DNA of 64,000 nucleotides, from IMG/VR virus record IMGVR_UViG_3300042891_000377, positions 1 to 64,000 of that record; one strand, 5' to 3'. This document shows, piece by piece, positions 19,995 through 30,440 of the stretch. The notes below the pieces were generated by a model. It did not search any database and was not told where the DNA came from. It saw nothing but the letters and a program-made list of their open reading frames with translations. Source of the DNA: a virus. A program made the translations under genes and the position numbers. Within the stretch, counting starts at the first letter, position 1; each line of letters opens with the position of its first letter.

Positions 19995-20148
19995 TAAAAG
20001 GTAGTTTTACGATCTTGTAATAATGTGTAATATAGTATATACTAATATTAGGTATATAAATATCTTACCGTAGTTGGTAAAATAGTAAATACAACACAAC
20101 AATCAACAATACAAATTTAGAGCAGTACTAAATTAAGAGGTTATCAAA

Positions 20149-22473
20149 TTGAGCATCATTCAAGTAATAAAACGTAGTGGCAGTCGCGCACCGTTAGCAG
20201 TAGATAAATGGCAAGCCCAGATTGCAAAAGTATGTGCTGGAATTGCAGACGTAAGTCAATCGATGATTGAAATCAAAGCACAACCGCATTTTTATGATGG
20301 CATTAGCACACGAGAAATTGACGAAATTACACTTCGTGCTATTGTTGATCTTATCGACATTGAACACAATCCGGATATAGGGCACACAAACTATCAATAC
20401 GTAGCAGGTAAGCAACGCCTAAGTATGTTGCGTAAAGATGTCTACGGCGACTACGAAGTTCCTCGTCTATACGAAATTGTCAAAAAGAATGTAGCAACGG
20501 GCCTGTATACTAATGAACTACTTGAATGGTACTCAGAAGAAGAATGGGACAAAATGGATTCGTTTGTTGACCATACTAAAGATGAAACCTATTCATATGC
20601 GGCTATCGAACAGCTAATTGAAAAATATCTAGTACGCAATCGTGCTACTAAACAGATTTACGAAACTCCGCAGATACGTTATATAGTTGCGGCAGCAACA
20701 GTATTCCATAAAGAAGAACCTAACAGCGCACGTATGCGTTTTATCAAAGAATACTATAATTGCGCTAGTGACAGTTTGTTTACCCTAGCAACGCCTGTTC
20801 TCGCCGGCCTAGGCACACCAACTAAACAATTTAGTTCATGTGTATTGATTAAAGCAGATGATGACCTAGATAGTATTTTTGCATCGGGCGAAATGATGGC
20901 CAAGTATGCTAGTAAACGTGCTGGCATTGGTTTAGAAATTGGTCGCTTACGTAGTCTAGGTTCACCTATCCGTGGCGGCGAAATACAACATACTGGTATG
21001 ATTCCATTCTTGAAGAAATGGTTTGGCGATTTACGTTCATGTTCACAAGGTGGTATACGAAATGCGAGTGCTACAGTCTTTTATCCAATTTGGCATCACC
21101 AGTTTGATGATCTTATTGTGCTTAAAAACAATCAGGGTACAGAAGAAACAAGAGTTAGACACATGGACTACGGTGTTGTCCTGTCAGCTTTCTTTTGGAG
21201 ACGATTTAAAAACAAAGAACAAATAACATTCTTTGATCCTAACGAAGTACCTGACTTATACGAAGCCTTCTACAAAGATACCGCTCTATTTGAAGAGCTC
21301 TATGTCAAGTATGAACGTCGTAAAGATTTACGTAAGAAAACAATGTCAGCTGAAGAAGTATTCAAAGGCGGCATCTTAAAAGAACGTACAGATACAGGTC
21401 GTATCTATCTAGTGTTTATTGATAACGTTATGAAGCAAGGACCATTTGATCCAGAATATCATACCATCTATCAAAGTAATCTGTGTTGCGAGATTTTACT
21501 ACCCACTAAGCCATTCAAACGCTTAGATGATCCAACTGGTCGCATTGCCCTGTGTACACTTGGTAGTATAAATTGGGGTGCTTTCCGCAATCCAGAAGAT
21601 ATGCGTCGTGCTTGCCGTATCTTACAACGTAGCTTATGTAACATCTTAGACTATCAAGATTTCTTAAGCATACAAAGCCAGTTGTCAAACGATGAACTAC
21701 AACCCCTGGGCATTGGTATTACTAATTTGGCCTACTGGCATGCTAAACGTAGCCTACAGTACGGTGACAGCGATGCCTTACAAGAAGTTAAAAGTTGGAT
21801 GGAACATCAGGCTTTCTACTTAACAGAAGCCACAGTTGAACTAGCTCGAGAGCGCGGTCCATGTTTAGATTCAGCAAAAACACGTTACGGTCAAGGACAG
21901 TTTCCGTGGGAGAATCGTGCCGCTGGTGTTAATGAACTTGCCGACTTTACTCCTACCCGTGAACTTGATTGGGAACAGTTACGCAGTGACATGAGATCAT
22001 ATGGTGTGCGTAATGCTACTTTAATGGCTATTGCTCCTGTGGAGTCAAGTAGTGTTGTTATTAATTCAACTAATGGTATTGAAATGCCTATGAGTTTGAT
22101 TTCAGTTAAAGAATCTAAAGCAGGCAGTTTTACACAGGTTGTACCGGAATATCACAAGTTAAAGAATAAATATCAACTCATGTGGGAACAAAAGGACTGT
22201 GATGGTTACTTAAAAACTGCGGCAGTATTAGCGGCTTACGTAGACCAAAGTATCAGTACTAACACATTCTACAATCCGGCACACTTTGCGGATCGTAAAG
22301 TTCCAACTACGCTGATTGCTAAAAACTTAATGCAGGCACAGCTATGGGGATTGAAAACATTCTACTATAGTTTAATTAACAAACAAGGCAGTAAGATGGC
22401 AGCAGAAGTAGCGCCAACAATGGCACCAATAAATTATGACACTGAAGAGGACTGCGAAAGCTGCAAATTATAA
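20149..22473 (+). CDS. nrdA: Ribonucleotide reductase class Ia alpha subunit
   Basis: N-terminal ATP cone; FSSCVL; SNLCCEI; KTFYY; C-terminal CESC. Confidence 0.97.
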   Translation: MSIIQVIKRSGSRAPLAVDKWQAQIAKVCAGIADVSQSMIEIKAQPHFYDGISTREIDEITLRAIVDLIDIEHNPDIGHTNYQYVAGKQRLSMLRKDVYGDYEVPRLYEIVKKNVATGLYTNELLEWYSEEEWDKMDSFVDHTKDETYSYAAIEQLIEKYLVRNRATKQIYETPQIRYIVAAATVFHKEEPNSARMRFIKEYYNCASDSLFTLATPVLAGLGTPTKQFSSCVLIKADDDLDSIFASGEMMAKYASKRAGIGLEIGRLRSLGSPIRGGEIQHTGMIPFLKKWFGDLRSCSQGGIRNASATVFYPIWHHQFDDLIVLKNNQGTEETRVRHMDYGVVLSAFFWRRFKNKEQITFFDPNEVPDLYEAFYKDTALFEELYVKYERRKDLRKKTMSAEEVFKGGILKERTDTGRIYLVFIDNVMKQGPFDPEYHTIYQSNLCCEILLPTKPFKRLDDPTGRIALCTLGSINWGAFRNPEDMRRACRILQRSLCNILDYQDFLSIQSQLSNDELQPLGIGITNLAYWHAKRSLQYGDSDALQEVKSWMEHQAFYLTEATVELARERGPCLDSAKTRYGQGQFPWENRAAGVNELADFTPTRELDWEQLRSDMRSYGVRNATLMAIAPVESSSVVINSTNGIEMPMSLISVKESKAGSFTQVVPEYHKLKNKYQLMWEQKDCDGYLKTAAVLAAYVDQSISTNTFYNPAHFADRKVPTTLIAKNLMQAQLWGLKTFYYSLINKQGSKMAAEVAPTMAPINYDTEEDCESCKL

Positions 22474-23574
22474 ATGAGTAAAGCACAATATAACCTAAGT
22501 ACTAAAACAAACTACTTAAATCGTAAGATGTTCCTTGACCCTGCGGGACCTGTAACAGTACAACGTTTTGAAGAAGTTAAGTATAATAAGATTGCAGACT
22601 ACGAAGCTACCGCACGTGGGTTCTTTTGGCAACCAGAAGAAGTTAGTTTGAGCAAAGATGCCAGCGACTTTAAGGGTGCTAGTGATGCAGTTAAGCATAT
22701 CTTTACTAGTAATTTGCTACGCCAAACAGCTTTAGATAGTTTACAGGGTCGTGCACCTAATCAGGTATTTGGCCCAGTGGTCAGTTTACCAGAATTAGAA
22801 GCACTTATCAGTAACTGGAGTTTCTTTGAAACTAACATTCACAGTAAGAGTTACAGCCATATTATTCGTAACATCTATAATGTACCTAAAGATGTATTCA
22901 ATACTATACATGACACTGAAGAGATTGTAGGTATGGCCAGTACTATTGGCAACTACTATGATAAGTTACATGTAATTAACTGTCGCAAAGAGATGGGCGA
23001 AGATGTTAGCGAAACAGAACACATCAAAGCCATATGGTTAGCTCTACATGCTAGTTACGGCCTAGAAGCATTCCGCTTTATGGTATCATTTGCTACTAGT
23101 CTAGCAATGGTGGAAAATCGTATCTTTATTGGTAACGGTAATATTATTAGTTTAATCTTACAAGACGAACTACTACACAAAGAATGGACTGCGTTTTTAA
23201 TCAATCAAGTGATTAAAGAAGATCCACGTTTTGCTGCAATTAAAGCAGAGTGTGAAGAAGAAGTATATCAAATGTACTTGGACGTTATCCGCGAAGAGAA
23301 GGCTTGGGCTGATTATTTGTTCAAAATGGGCCCAGTTATTGGCTTAAACGCTAATATTTTGAAGGATTTTATCGATTATACAGCCGTAGATGCACTAAAA
23401 CAAATTGGTATACGTTACACTAGCCCTGCGCCTAAATCAACTCCTATTCCTTGGTTTAACAAGCACAGTGATACTAGCAAGAAACAAACAGCACTTCAAG
23501 AGTCAGAATCAACTAACTACGTAATTGGCGTAATGAGTGATGAGATGAACTACGACGATTTACCAACACTATAA
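22474..23574 (+). CDS. nrdB: Ribonucleotide reductase class Ia beta subunit
   Basis: FWQPEE; D, ExxH and radical Tyr (ETNIHSKSY); DELLH. Confidence 0.97.
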   Translation: MSKAQYNLSTKTNYLNRKMFLDPAGPVTVQRFEEVKYNKIADYEATARGFFWQPEEVSLSKDASDFKGASDAVKHIFTSNLLRQTALDSLQGRAPNQVFGPVVSLPELEALISNWSFFETNIHSKSYSHIIRNIYNVPKDVFNTIHDTEEIVGMASTIGNYYDKLHVINCRKEMGEDVSETEHIKAIWLALHASYGLEAFRFMVSFATSLAMVENRIFIGNGNIISLILQDELLHKEWTAFLINQVIKEDPRFAAIKAECEEEVYQMYLDVIREEKAWADYLFKMGPVIGLNANILKDFIDYTAVDALKQIGIRYTSPAPKSTPIPWFNKHSDTSKKQTALQESESTNYVIGVMSDEMNYDDLPTL

Positions 23575-23588
23575 TAAAAGGAGCCAAT

Positions 23589-23852
23589 ATGTTAACTGTG
23601 TATTCAAAAGATTCCTGCCCATTCTGCGAGCAGGCAAAGAATTTATTAACAATGAAAAAGATTGCGTTTGAAGTAATTAAAATCGATGAGGATTTAGACG
23701 CACGCGAGTTTATTATGAGTGAAGGTCATCGTACAGTACCGCAGATTTATCGTGACGGTAAACTGTTTGTATCAGGTGGCTATCAAGGCTTACAAAAATT
23801 AACCAACGAACAACTAAACGAAATGTTAGGGGAAACAAGTGCTAGTAACTAA
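23589..23852 (+). CDS. Glutaredoxin
   Basis: CPFC, TVPQI, GG. Confidence 0.93.
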   Translation: MLTVYSKDSCPFCEQAKNLLTMKKIAFEVIKIDEDLDAREFIMSEGHRTVPQIYRDGKLFVSGGYQGLQKLTNEQLNEMLGETSASN

Positions 23853-24150
23853 TAAGTACGACAAGGATACACTAGTATCATTTAAATTAGTAAATGGTGA
23901 TGAAGTTATTGCCAAAGTGTTAGAAGAAACTGCTGATGAATTCATTGTATCTAAACCAATGATTGTAGTGCCAAGTCCACAGGGCATTGGCTTGATGCAG
24001 AGCCTATTTACATCTGAGTTAAATAAGAGTATACACATTGATAGACGTCACGTCATGCTACACGCACAAACTAGCGGGGCATTAGTAAATCACTATATAC
24101 AAACAACAACGGGTATTGAGCCAGCTGGTGCTGGTGGTATTATAACTTAG
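23839..24150 (+). CDS. Sm-like fold phage protein
   Basis: FKLVNGDEVIAKV..KPM pattern. Confidence 0.5.
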   Translation: MLVTNKYDKDTLVSFKLVNGDEVIAKVLEETADEFIVSKPMIVVPSPQGIGLMQSLFTSELNKSIHIDRRHVMLHAQTSGALVNHYIQTTTGIEPAGAGGIIT

Positions 24151-24158
24151 GATCGAGC

Positions 24159-25586
24159 ATGGCAGAACATGATATTAGTTTAGTAACTGCAAAGGCCGGC
24201 AGTGTTATAGCAGAGAACATGAAAGTTTCTCTAGCTACTGCCGCTGGAGCACTTACTCCTAGTACTATTACTGCTATGGTTGGAATAGCCAAAAGCGAGG
24301 CGTTAACTCTTGCACCAACTGTGACTGGTGCCATGGCTAATATGGACAGTCAAATTACTGCATTAATAGCAGCTAATACTGCTCCTAGTTTGGCGCTGGC
24401 AGCAAGAATTACATCAGCAAAAGCAAATCTAACAGCATTACAATCTCAGATTCTACCTCCAGGAAATCATGCGGCATTTGGTCAAATCTTAAATCAAGCG
24501 CAGGGACACATTGCCGATTCGCAAGAGTTAAAAAAAGCAACTGATTTTATATCAAATACATCATTTAGTGATTTTGGCACAGGCATCACCAACATGAGCT
24601 CTATGGCCACACAGGGGTTAGATGGAGCACTTGGTAATTTGGGCAATGCCGCTAAGGCATTTGAAGCCGCTGGGCCAGCATTTGATTTAAAGGATATGTC
24701 AAAGTTTGGTACATCAGCTGGACTTATTGATAAATTAAACAGTGTAAAATTAGGCAACGCTAGTGGAATAAATGGCGCAATTGCTGGCGCTGGGTTAGAT
24801 TTAAGTATGCCCGAACACAAAGCGCAGGTTGATAAAATTATGGGTTCTATCACAGATCCTAAAGTTATATCCACTGTTACTGAACAGTTAGGCATTAGTC
24901 CAGGCGGGTCAATTGCTAGTCTTAAAGACCTAACTGATTTAAGTAAACTAGCACCTTCTGGTTCTGGATTAACTGCGGCTAATTTACCCGATATGAGTGC
25001 AATGGCCAGCAAGTTTAGCGATATGGGTGCAAAATTTACAAGTCCAGCCGCCGCGGCAAGTATGTTAAATGGAATCGAAATACCATCTATTCCTAACTTA
25101 GAAGCGGCCGCCCCCTCACTAAGTGGATTAATGAGCGGTATGTCAACAGATATAGGAAATATGACAGGCACTGCATCGGGCTTATCTGCTCTTAACGGAG
25201 CAAATGGATTACCTAATATATCAGATTTTACTCATGCTGTGAGTGGTGGTCCTGAATTAGCGGCAATTAATGCCGCAGGTGCTATTACTGATGAACATAT
25301 TACAGCACTTGAAGATTCGCTGGCTAAATCACAAGGACTTATGACATCAGCAGGAATTGATCTAGCTGTACCACCAATGCCAAGTCTAGGTAGTGCAATG
25401 AGCTTTGCAACAAATCTACACAAAATTGGCGCTGACACATCTGGCTCTGGTATCACTGATGCGCTTAAAAACATGGCCAACACCGCAAGTGCTAGTGGTG
25501 ATGCTATTGTAGCAAGTTTGGCAGAAGGTAAAAATAAAGCCTTAATGATGGCCCAGGGTATTTCCCCACTAAAATTTGGCAGTTAG
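24159..25586 (+). CDS. Ala/Gly/Ser-rich putative virion protein
   Basis: Long low-complexity helical ORF; no catalytic motif recognised. Confidence 0.5.
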   Translation: MAEHDISLVTAKAGSVIAENMKVSLATAAGALTPSTITAMVGIAKSEALTLAPTVTGAMANMDSQITALIAANTAPSLALAARITSAKANLTALQSQILPPGNHAAFGQILNQAQGHIADSQELKKATDFISNTSFSDFGTGITNMSSMATQGLDGALGNLGNAAKAFEAAGPAFDLKDMSKFGTSAGLIDKLNSVKLGNASGINGAIAGAGLDLSMPEHKAQVDKIMGSITDPKVISTVTEQLGISPGGSIASLKDLTDLSKLAPSGSGLTAANLPDMSAMASKFSDMGAKFTSPAAAASMLNGIEIPSIPNLEAAAPSLSGLMSGMSTDIGNMTGTASGLSALNGANGLPNISDFTHAVSGGPELAAINAAGAITDEHITALEDSLAKSQGLMTSAGIDLAVPPMPSLGSAMSFATNLHKIGADTSGSGITDALKNMANTASASGDAIVASLAEGKNKALMMAQGISPLKFGS

Positions 25587-25588
25587 CA

Positions 25589-26281
25589 ATGATACTAAAT
25601 CCTATTGTTGAGTATGCAAGTATTTCAAAATGGGTAGCCGGACTGATTAACAAAAGCATTACTCCACACAACTTTGTCAGGCAACTTGGCAAACATCTTA
25701 ATAAACATCATTCAATTAAAGTTGATTACTATCGCGGAGACGATAGTATACTTTCACCGGGAGATTTTACAATTGGCGCAGAGTACGATCCATCCTTAGA
25801 TGAAGAGAGACGAAAGCAATTCAAACTAACACTTATAATTAATCAACCTAAAAAATCACCGTGGCTCATTACAGGCAAGATAGCGGACGATATCACACTC
25901 GAATTAGTTGAAGCATTAGTGCATGAATATAGACATCAACATCAATATAGAAGTCGTCGCTTTATGATGAATAGGGGATATGTTAACAAGCATAGTAATA
26001 ATACAACAAATGATCAAGAATATCTAGGCATGCCTGATGAGATAGATGCCTATGCCGCAAATATTGCTGCTAGATTTTATATTTTAAAATACAAGTTAAA
26101 TACAATTGAACCGATAGTAAGTTTGGATTTAGATCATTACCGTCGAACATTTGGAAATAATCATTTAGTAATGCGCAAATTATTAAAAAAGATTGCGCAA
26201 AATATATCTTATCTTAAGGCACACGACAATGGCAAAATCCGAAAAAGAAGTAAGTGTAGAGTCCGTAGACGACCACGTTAA
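25589..26281 (+). CDS. Zincin-like (HExxH) protein
   Basis: VHEYRH...EIDAYA. Confidence 0.6.
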   Translation: MILNPIVEYASISKWVAGLINKSITPHNFVRQLGKHLNKHHSIKVDYYRGDDSILSPGDFTIGAEYDPSLDEERRKQFKLTLIINQPKKSPWLITGKIADDITLELVEALVHEYRHQHQYRSRRFMMNRGYVNKHSNNTTNDQEYLGMPDEIDAYAANIAARFYILKYKLNTIEPIVSLDLDHYRRTFGNNHLVMRKLLKKIAQNISYLKAHDNGKIRKRSKCRVRRRPR

Positions 26282-26450
26282 TATGGCAGAAGATGCTGAT
26301 GTTTACGTGTTTGCAGTTAAAGCAGATGGTACTGCTAAGTTTGTAATGATACCAGAGTCTGATATTGGTGCAGTGCATTCAAACATTAAACTGATATTTG
26401 AAATACTTGGTATGGATGCAGATGTGTTAGAAACGCATACGTTACAATAA
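26229..26450 (+). CDS. Small acidic hypothetical protein
   Basis: ORF MAKSEK... Confidence 0.5.
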   Translation: MAKSEKEVSVESVDDHVNMAEDADVYVFAVKADGTAKFVMIPESDIGAVHSNIKLIFEILGMDADVLETHTLQ

Positions 26451-26687
26451 GTAGTCACTGTATCTAAGAAGAAACATTGTTTGTAATTGATCATCCCAAA
26501 AGTCTAAACGAATGGTATTAGCATGTTCCCAATCATCTTGATTATAATCTCTATGCTCACGCACAGTGAATCCTAACGTAGTACGTAATCGCCAACTGAT
26601 TAGTACAGTAGCCTGACCATAATCCTCTATAATTTTATTTCTAAGATTATTCCAATTTTTATGCGATAGTGTAAGTGTTTTGGTCAT
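26442..26687 (-). CDS. Small FxL(R/K)-family protein
   Basis: C-terminal F.D....MFLLRY. Confidence 0.65.
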   Translation of the reverse strand: MTKTLTLSHKNWNNLRNKIIEDYGQATVLISWRLRTTLGFTVREHRDYNQDDWEHANTIRLDFWDDQLQTMFLLRYSDYLL

Positions 26688-26926
26688 GCCCACCTCAATA
26701 CAAATAAAGTTAATTGTTCGTCAGTTTCAAATTCTAAAGTCATACCCTGTTGGTGTAACCTACCTCTAGGTAAGTTATCATCCATCCATGTGTAGATTTC
26801 TGGTTCATGCTTTAGCCAATAACTGATGTCGGCAATAACAAGATAGTGCCATGGCATTTCATCATCAAACGGACCTGAGGCTATAAACTTGCGACCATTT
26901 GCTCCATCTAATATACTCACATCCAC
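26684..26926 (-). CDS. Small FxL(R/K)W-family protein
   Basis: C-terminal FETDEQLTLFVLRW. Confidence 0.65.
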   Translation of the reverse strand: MDVSILDGANGRKFIASGPFDDEMPWHYLVIADISYWLKHEPEIYTWMDDNLPRGRLHQQGMTLEFETDEQLTLFVLRWA

Positions 26927-27114
26927 CTCATTATAAACATTGACGCATCTTTTTCTGTGTCAAAGTATATGTCATAATAGCTGACATCCGGGCTCAGACC
27001 AATCCTACAATGATAAGCATCTTCAAATTGAGTCTGATTAATATCGCCGACATCTTGTAAAGCAAGTGCGGCATTATGTACAGCATTGACTGGTATCAGC
27101 ATGCTATCCGCCAA
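26917..27114 (-). CDS. Small FxL(R/K)W-family protein
   Basis: C-terminal FDTEKDASMFIMRW. Confidence 0.65.
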   Translation of the reverse strand: MADSMLIPVNAVHNAALALQDVGDINQTQFEDAYHCRIGLSPDVSYYDIYFDTEKDASMFIMRWM

Positions 27115-27304
27115 ACTTTAATATAAACATTGTAGCCCACTGCTCATCTTCTATTTCTATAGTTCTATCATTGTTATAATATCGCCAACCTAACCCGCCT
27201 GATTGATTGTGCAGAACATACTTACGTGGACCAACATTATTCTCTAACCATGTAACCCGGTCTTGAATATTTCCGTAACTTAAATGTCTGATGGGAATAA
27301 TCAT
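27104..27304 (-). CDS. Small FxL(R/K)-family protein
   Basis: C-terminal IEDEQWATMFILKF. Confidence 0.65.
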   Translation of the reverse strand: MIIPIRHLSYGNIQDRVTWLENNVGPRKYVLHNQSGGLGWRYYNNDRTIEIEDEQWATMFILKFGG

Positions 27305-28455
27305 TTGGTAAAAACGTAGACGCCTTCGAACTTTTCACGCCCTGCTACTTTATCATTACCAACACCTGGTCGTGTGTTTAACATCATTTTGATAGTTTGT
27401 TTATATTTGAAGCCTAACTTCTCAGCAGTTTCAATCCAACGCTCGCATACTTTAAATTCTGTTTTACCACCTATTTTATAGTCGGCAATATTTGTAGCAA
27501 ACACACCATCACTGTTTAATCCCTTGTGTATGTTCTGCATAGTAGGTACTACATAGCCCTCAAACCATTCATCTAACGTATTAAACTGATTCATGCACTG
27601 TGTGGGTTCGTCACTGTACTTCTCTAAGTTAAAGTATGGTGGACTACTAAAGGCTAGATCTACGTCCTCCGGTTGGTACACTTCGCTGACATTCTTATGC
27701 AACTGGCCTCGACGTCCTATACTATCATAGATACAGTCGTTTAGGTAGTGCAGGTATTCAATTGTTTCTGTATTAGGATCTACAGCAGTGTAGTTATAGC
27801 TCATGTTACTACCACTGATACCCAATAGCCTGCCGCCATATCCAGCACTGTAGTCATAGACGTTACCCCATAAGACAGGACAAAGATACTCAACAATAGC
27901 ACGAGCATTCTGCGGCTTAAAGTTTTGAATATTTTCTCCTGTGACTAATTCTAGTGCCCGTCTAAGAGCAGTAGGACTCGCAAGATTATCGCCAGTCCTA
28001 AACTCAAAACATATCCTAATAGCTCGACGAAGCTTAGTGTCATCTAAAAATCTATCCTTTAAACTGTTACTACCGCGTCCTTTGGGTTCAGCAGTCATCA
28101 TATTAGGAAAGCAAAAACGATTGATACTCTGTCCTTGATTGTTACCTAGACCAATAGTTGCTTGCCCATTCAATCCTTCAACTTCGTTGTAACCGGCATT
28201 CTTTAATGTACGTATAGCAGTGTACAGACCCTGTTCTGTGTAGTAGTTAATAGGCACAATGTTAACGGAGCGATAGATGTTGTAGACTTCTTCGATGACC
28301 TGCTCAGGTGCTTGCTCATATCGTTGTTTGGTGTATTCTGCCAACTGGTCCGCTACTGCTTCGTAGCAGGTAAACACATCTAACCCTTGTAATAGAGCGT
28401 GTGTATGGTAATTGTCTGTACCCCAGGTACTATGTAAGTTTGCTATTCCTATCAT
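27301..28455 (-). CDS. DNA amino-methyltransferase (m4C/m6A)
   Basis: SAM-binding DYSAGYGGR followed by catalytic FSSPPYF. Confidence 0.85.
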   Translation of the reverse strand: MIGIANLHSTWGTDNYHTHALLQGLDVFTCYEAVADQLAEYTKQRYEQAPEQVIEEVYNIYRSVNIVPINYYTEQGLYTAIRTLKNAGYNEVEGLNGQATIGLGNNQGQSINRFCFPNMMTAEPKGRGSNSLKDRFLDDTKLRRAIRICFEFRTGDNLASPTALRRALELVTGENIQNFKPQNARAIVEYLCPVLWGNVYDYSAGYGGRLLGISGSNMSYNYTAVDPNTETIEYLHYLNDCIYDSIGRRGQLHKNVSEVYQPEDVDLAFSSPPYFNLEKYSDEPTQCMNQFNTLDEWFEGYVVPTMQNIHKGLNSDGVFATNIADYKIGGKTEFKVCERWIETAEKLGFKYKQTIKMMLNTRPGVGNDKVAGREKFEGVYVFTK

Positions 28456-28664
28456 CGTGCCCACCTCAATGAAAACATTAATGCATGTGCAGGATCACGA
28501 AAGTTAAATTCAATATGATTCCATCTGCCGTTTACATACCACTCACGCAATTCGGTAGGTAATTTAAATGTTTCAACACACCATTTGTATTCTTCTGTTT
28601 GGGTCATGTTATAGTCCACTGGTAGCATATTTAAGTTTAGTTGAACTCGTGTATATTTGTACAT
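28452..28664 (-). CDS. Small FxL(R/K)W-family protein
   Basis: C-terminal FRDPAHALMFSLRW; TAATG coupling. Confidence 0.65.
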   Translation of the reverse strand: MYKYTRVQLNLNMLPVDYNMTQTEEYKWCVETFKLPTELREWYVNGRWNHIEFNFRDPAHALMFSLRWAR

Positions 28665-28891
28665 TATTCGTGTTTTAGATAAAAGTAAGTTATGTATTCT
28701 TCTGCTTCTTGTCTTCGACGCAGGTCCCAATGCCAGGTATCGTAGCTCATTCGGCGCACACCACGACGATTATCAAGTTCGTGTACCATATCATTAATAG
28801 TAGCACTCCAATTCAGAGCATTTTCAACAGTGTCAGTATGTTCAACACTCATTACTAAATGCCCACCATCTTGATCTAATAGGATTTTCAT
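28664..28891 (-). CDS. Small FxLK-family protein
   Basis: C-terminal YITYFYLKH; first gene of the operon. Confidence 0.65.
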   Translation of the reverse strand: MKILLDQDGGHLVMSVEHTDTVENALNWSATINDMVHELDNRRGVRRMSYDTWHWDLRRRQEAEEYITYFYLKHE

Positions 28892-28897
28892 ACTGTT

Positions 28898-28968
28898 ATT
28901 ATATACTCAGTTAATGAAAAAGTCAATGGAATATTTTGGTTGACTTTTTGGTAAAATGGCTGTATAAT
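28898..28968. promoter_or_regulatory. Back-to-back divergent sigma70 promoters
   Basis: Minus: TTGACT(28926-21)-N17-TATAAT(28903-898); plus: TTGACT(28940-45)-N17-TATAAT(28963-68). Confidence 0.85.
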
Positions 28969-28988
28969 AGCACTTATACACTAAAGCA

Positions 28989-29396
28989 ATGGAGCACACA
29001 ATGACATACACATTTGATGAAAACTTAGTTAGCGACCTGCACAAAGATGCACGTGGTTCACGCCCAGATGAATACTTTTGGGAAGAATGGACCAACATTG
29101 ATGCTGCTGGCAAACAGTCGATTTGGGAACGTTTATTGGGTGAACTTGATGTTGCTATCGTTGAAGAACAAACCCGTGAACAATTAGCAATTGCTAGTTT
29201 TGAAAAACACGTTGCTTCGTTGGGATCAATCAGCAACTCACGTAAACAATCTATTAGATGGATTGTTGAAGGGTTGGCTCTTACGGATTCAGATAAAATG
29301 TATGGTGGTGATTATATCTGCTACAAGTTAGGTCTACCATACAGTTATGCTAAAGAATTTGATGAAGTATTGCAGGAATTAGCACTTTTTAGTTGA
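28989..29396 (+). CDS. Early hypothetical protein
   Basis: SDLHKDARGSRP motif; behind a strong promoter (true start may be ATG 29001). Confidence 0.7.
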   Translation: MEHTMTYTFDENLVSDLHKDARGSRPDEYFWEEWTNIDAAGKQSIWERLLGELDVAIVEEQTREQLAIASFEKHVASLGSISNSRKQSIRWIVEGLALTDSDKMYGGDYICYKLGLPYSYAKEFDEVLQELALFS

Positions 29397-29454
29397 CTTT
29401 TTGGTAAATTGACTGTATAATGCTATACATACACTAACAACACAGGAGCAATAA
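29393..29454 (+). promoter_or_regulatory. Repeated early promoter/leader cassette
   Basis: TTGACT-N17-TATAAT + TACATACACTAACAACACAGGAGCAATAA-ATG; near-identical copies at 63373 and 63727. Confidence 0.9.
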
Positions 29455-29727
29455 ATGAACGCTAAACAAATTACTACTGCTTTAATTCAAGGTACTTTTA
29501 CCAACGAAGAATTAGCCAGCATTATTGATGCTGTTAAGTATGCTCGTTTGAACTTAGGCAAAGCAACTAAACGTAGCTTGTCTGTTGGTGACAAAGTTCG
29601 TTTTGCTAGCTCACGTAGCGGCCAAACAATTACAGGTACAGTGCGCAAACTTGCTATTAAAAATATTGTTGTAGATACTCCGCTAGGCGCATATCGTGTA
29701 CCAGCTAGTATGTTGGAGGCAGTATAA
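29455..29727 (+). CDS. Early protein with SH3/KOW-like C-terminus
   Basis: LSVGDKVRF..GTVRK..YRVPASML. Confidence 0.65.
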   Translation: MNAKQITTALIQGTFTNEELASIIDAVKYARLNLGKATKRSLSVGDKVRFASSRSGQTITGTVRKLAIKNIVVDTPLGAYRVPASMLEAV

Positions 29728-29927
29728 TGAACATTGACGATATGATTATTACTAATAATATCAGTCAGGCAATCTTTGATGCTGATATCGCAATTCAAGG
29801 TGAGGACACTGCTATTACCAACTGCATCAATTGGCTGGAAGAGTTTGAGTTTAATAATGTTGAATTAGAAATGATGTCACAGGCTATTTTAGTAATTTTA
29901 CGCGAACGCGATAACAAGGAGCAATAA
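29727..29927 (+). CDS. Hypothetical protein
   Basis: Coupled ORF. Confidence 0.6.
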   Translation: MNIDDMIITNNISQAIFDADIAIQGEDTAITNCINWLEEFEFNNVELEMMSQAILVILRERDNKEQ

Positions 29928-29928
29928 A

Positions 29929-30102
29929 ATGGCAGGCAAAGCAACTTCGGTATACCTAACAGTATCAGTTAAAGAAACACACAAGACAGCATTCCATAAA
30001 CAATTCTTTAATATGACTGGGTTAAATCAATACGTTGCTACTGACGAATTTAAAGAAAAGTATCCTACTACTGAATTTTACATTACCAAAGAAACATATT
30101 GA
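29929..30102 (+). CDS. Hypothetical protein, 57 aa (not in ORF track)
   Basis: AAGGAG SD; MAGKATSVYLTV...YITKETY. Confidence 0.7.
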   Translation: MAGKATSVYLTVSVKETHKTAFHKQFFNMTGLNQYVATDEFKEKYPTTEFYITKETY

Positions 30103-30157
30103 CTTACAACAAAAAGGACTGTATACTATGTTAAACACTAACACAATGGAACAAGCA

Positions 30158-30367
30158 ATGGTTAATACACTTTATTCGATGCAAAATGCTTTTGTAAAAC
30201 GCAAGTTTGACCCAACTAAGAAAGCAGACTTGGCAGTTTACAAACAGTTTATCACAACTGGCTCATGGGGTGATGCTCCTTGTCCGTTTGAACTCGAATG
30301 GCCTGCGCTGAATATTCCTAGTATGATTGAGCGTAAGATTTCGGAATACACTGTGCGCAATATTTAA
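30158..30367 (+). CDS. Hypothetical phage protein
   Basis: KRKFDP..SWGDAPCPFELEWP; promoter-like TTGACT..TATACT upstream. Confidence 0.6.
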   Translation: MVNTLYSMQNAFVKRKFDPTKKADLAVYKQFITTGSWGDAPCPFELEWPALNIPSMIERKISEYTVRNI

Positions 30368-30385
30368 ACCTAGTATCGACTAACC

Positions 30386-30406
30386 AAAGGCTCTTCGGAG
30401 CCTTTT
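30386..30406 (+). terminator. Rho-independent terminator
   Basis: AAAGGCTC-TTCG-GAGCCTTTT. Confidence 0.9.
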
Positions 30407-30440
30407 ATTTTGGCTATAAATATTATATTAGGAACCAATA

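Noticed and set aside
20149-23574. Introns or inteins in nrdA/nrdB
   Set aside because: Both ORFs are uninterrupted and of normal length
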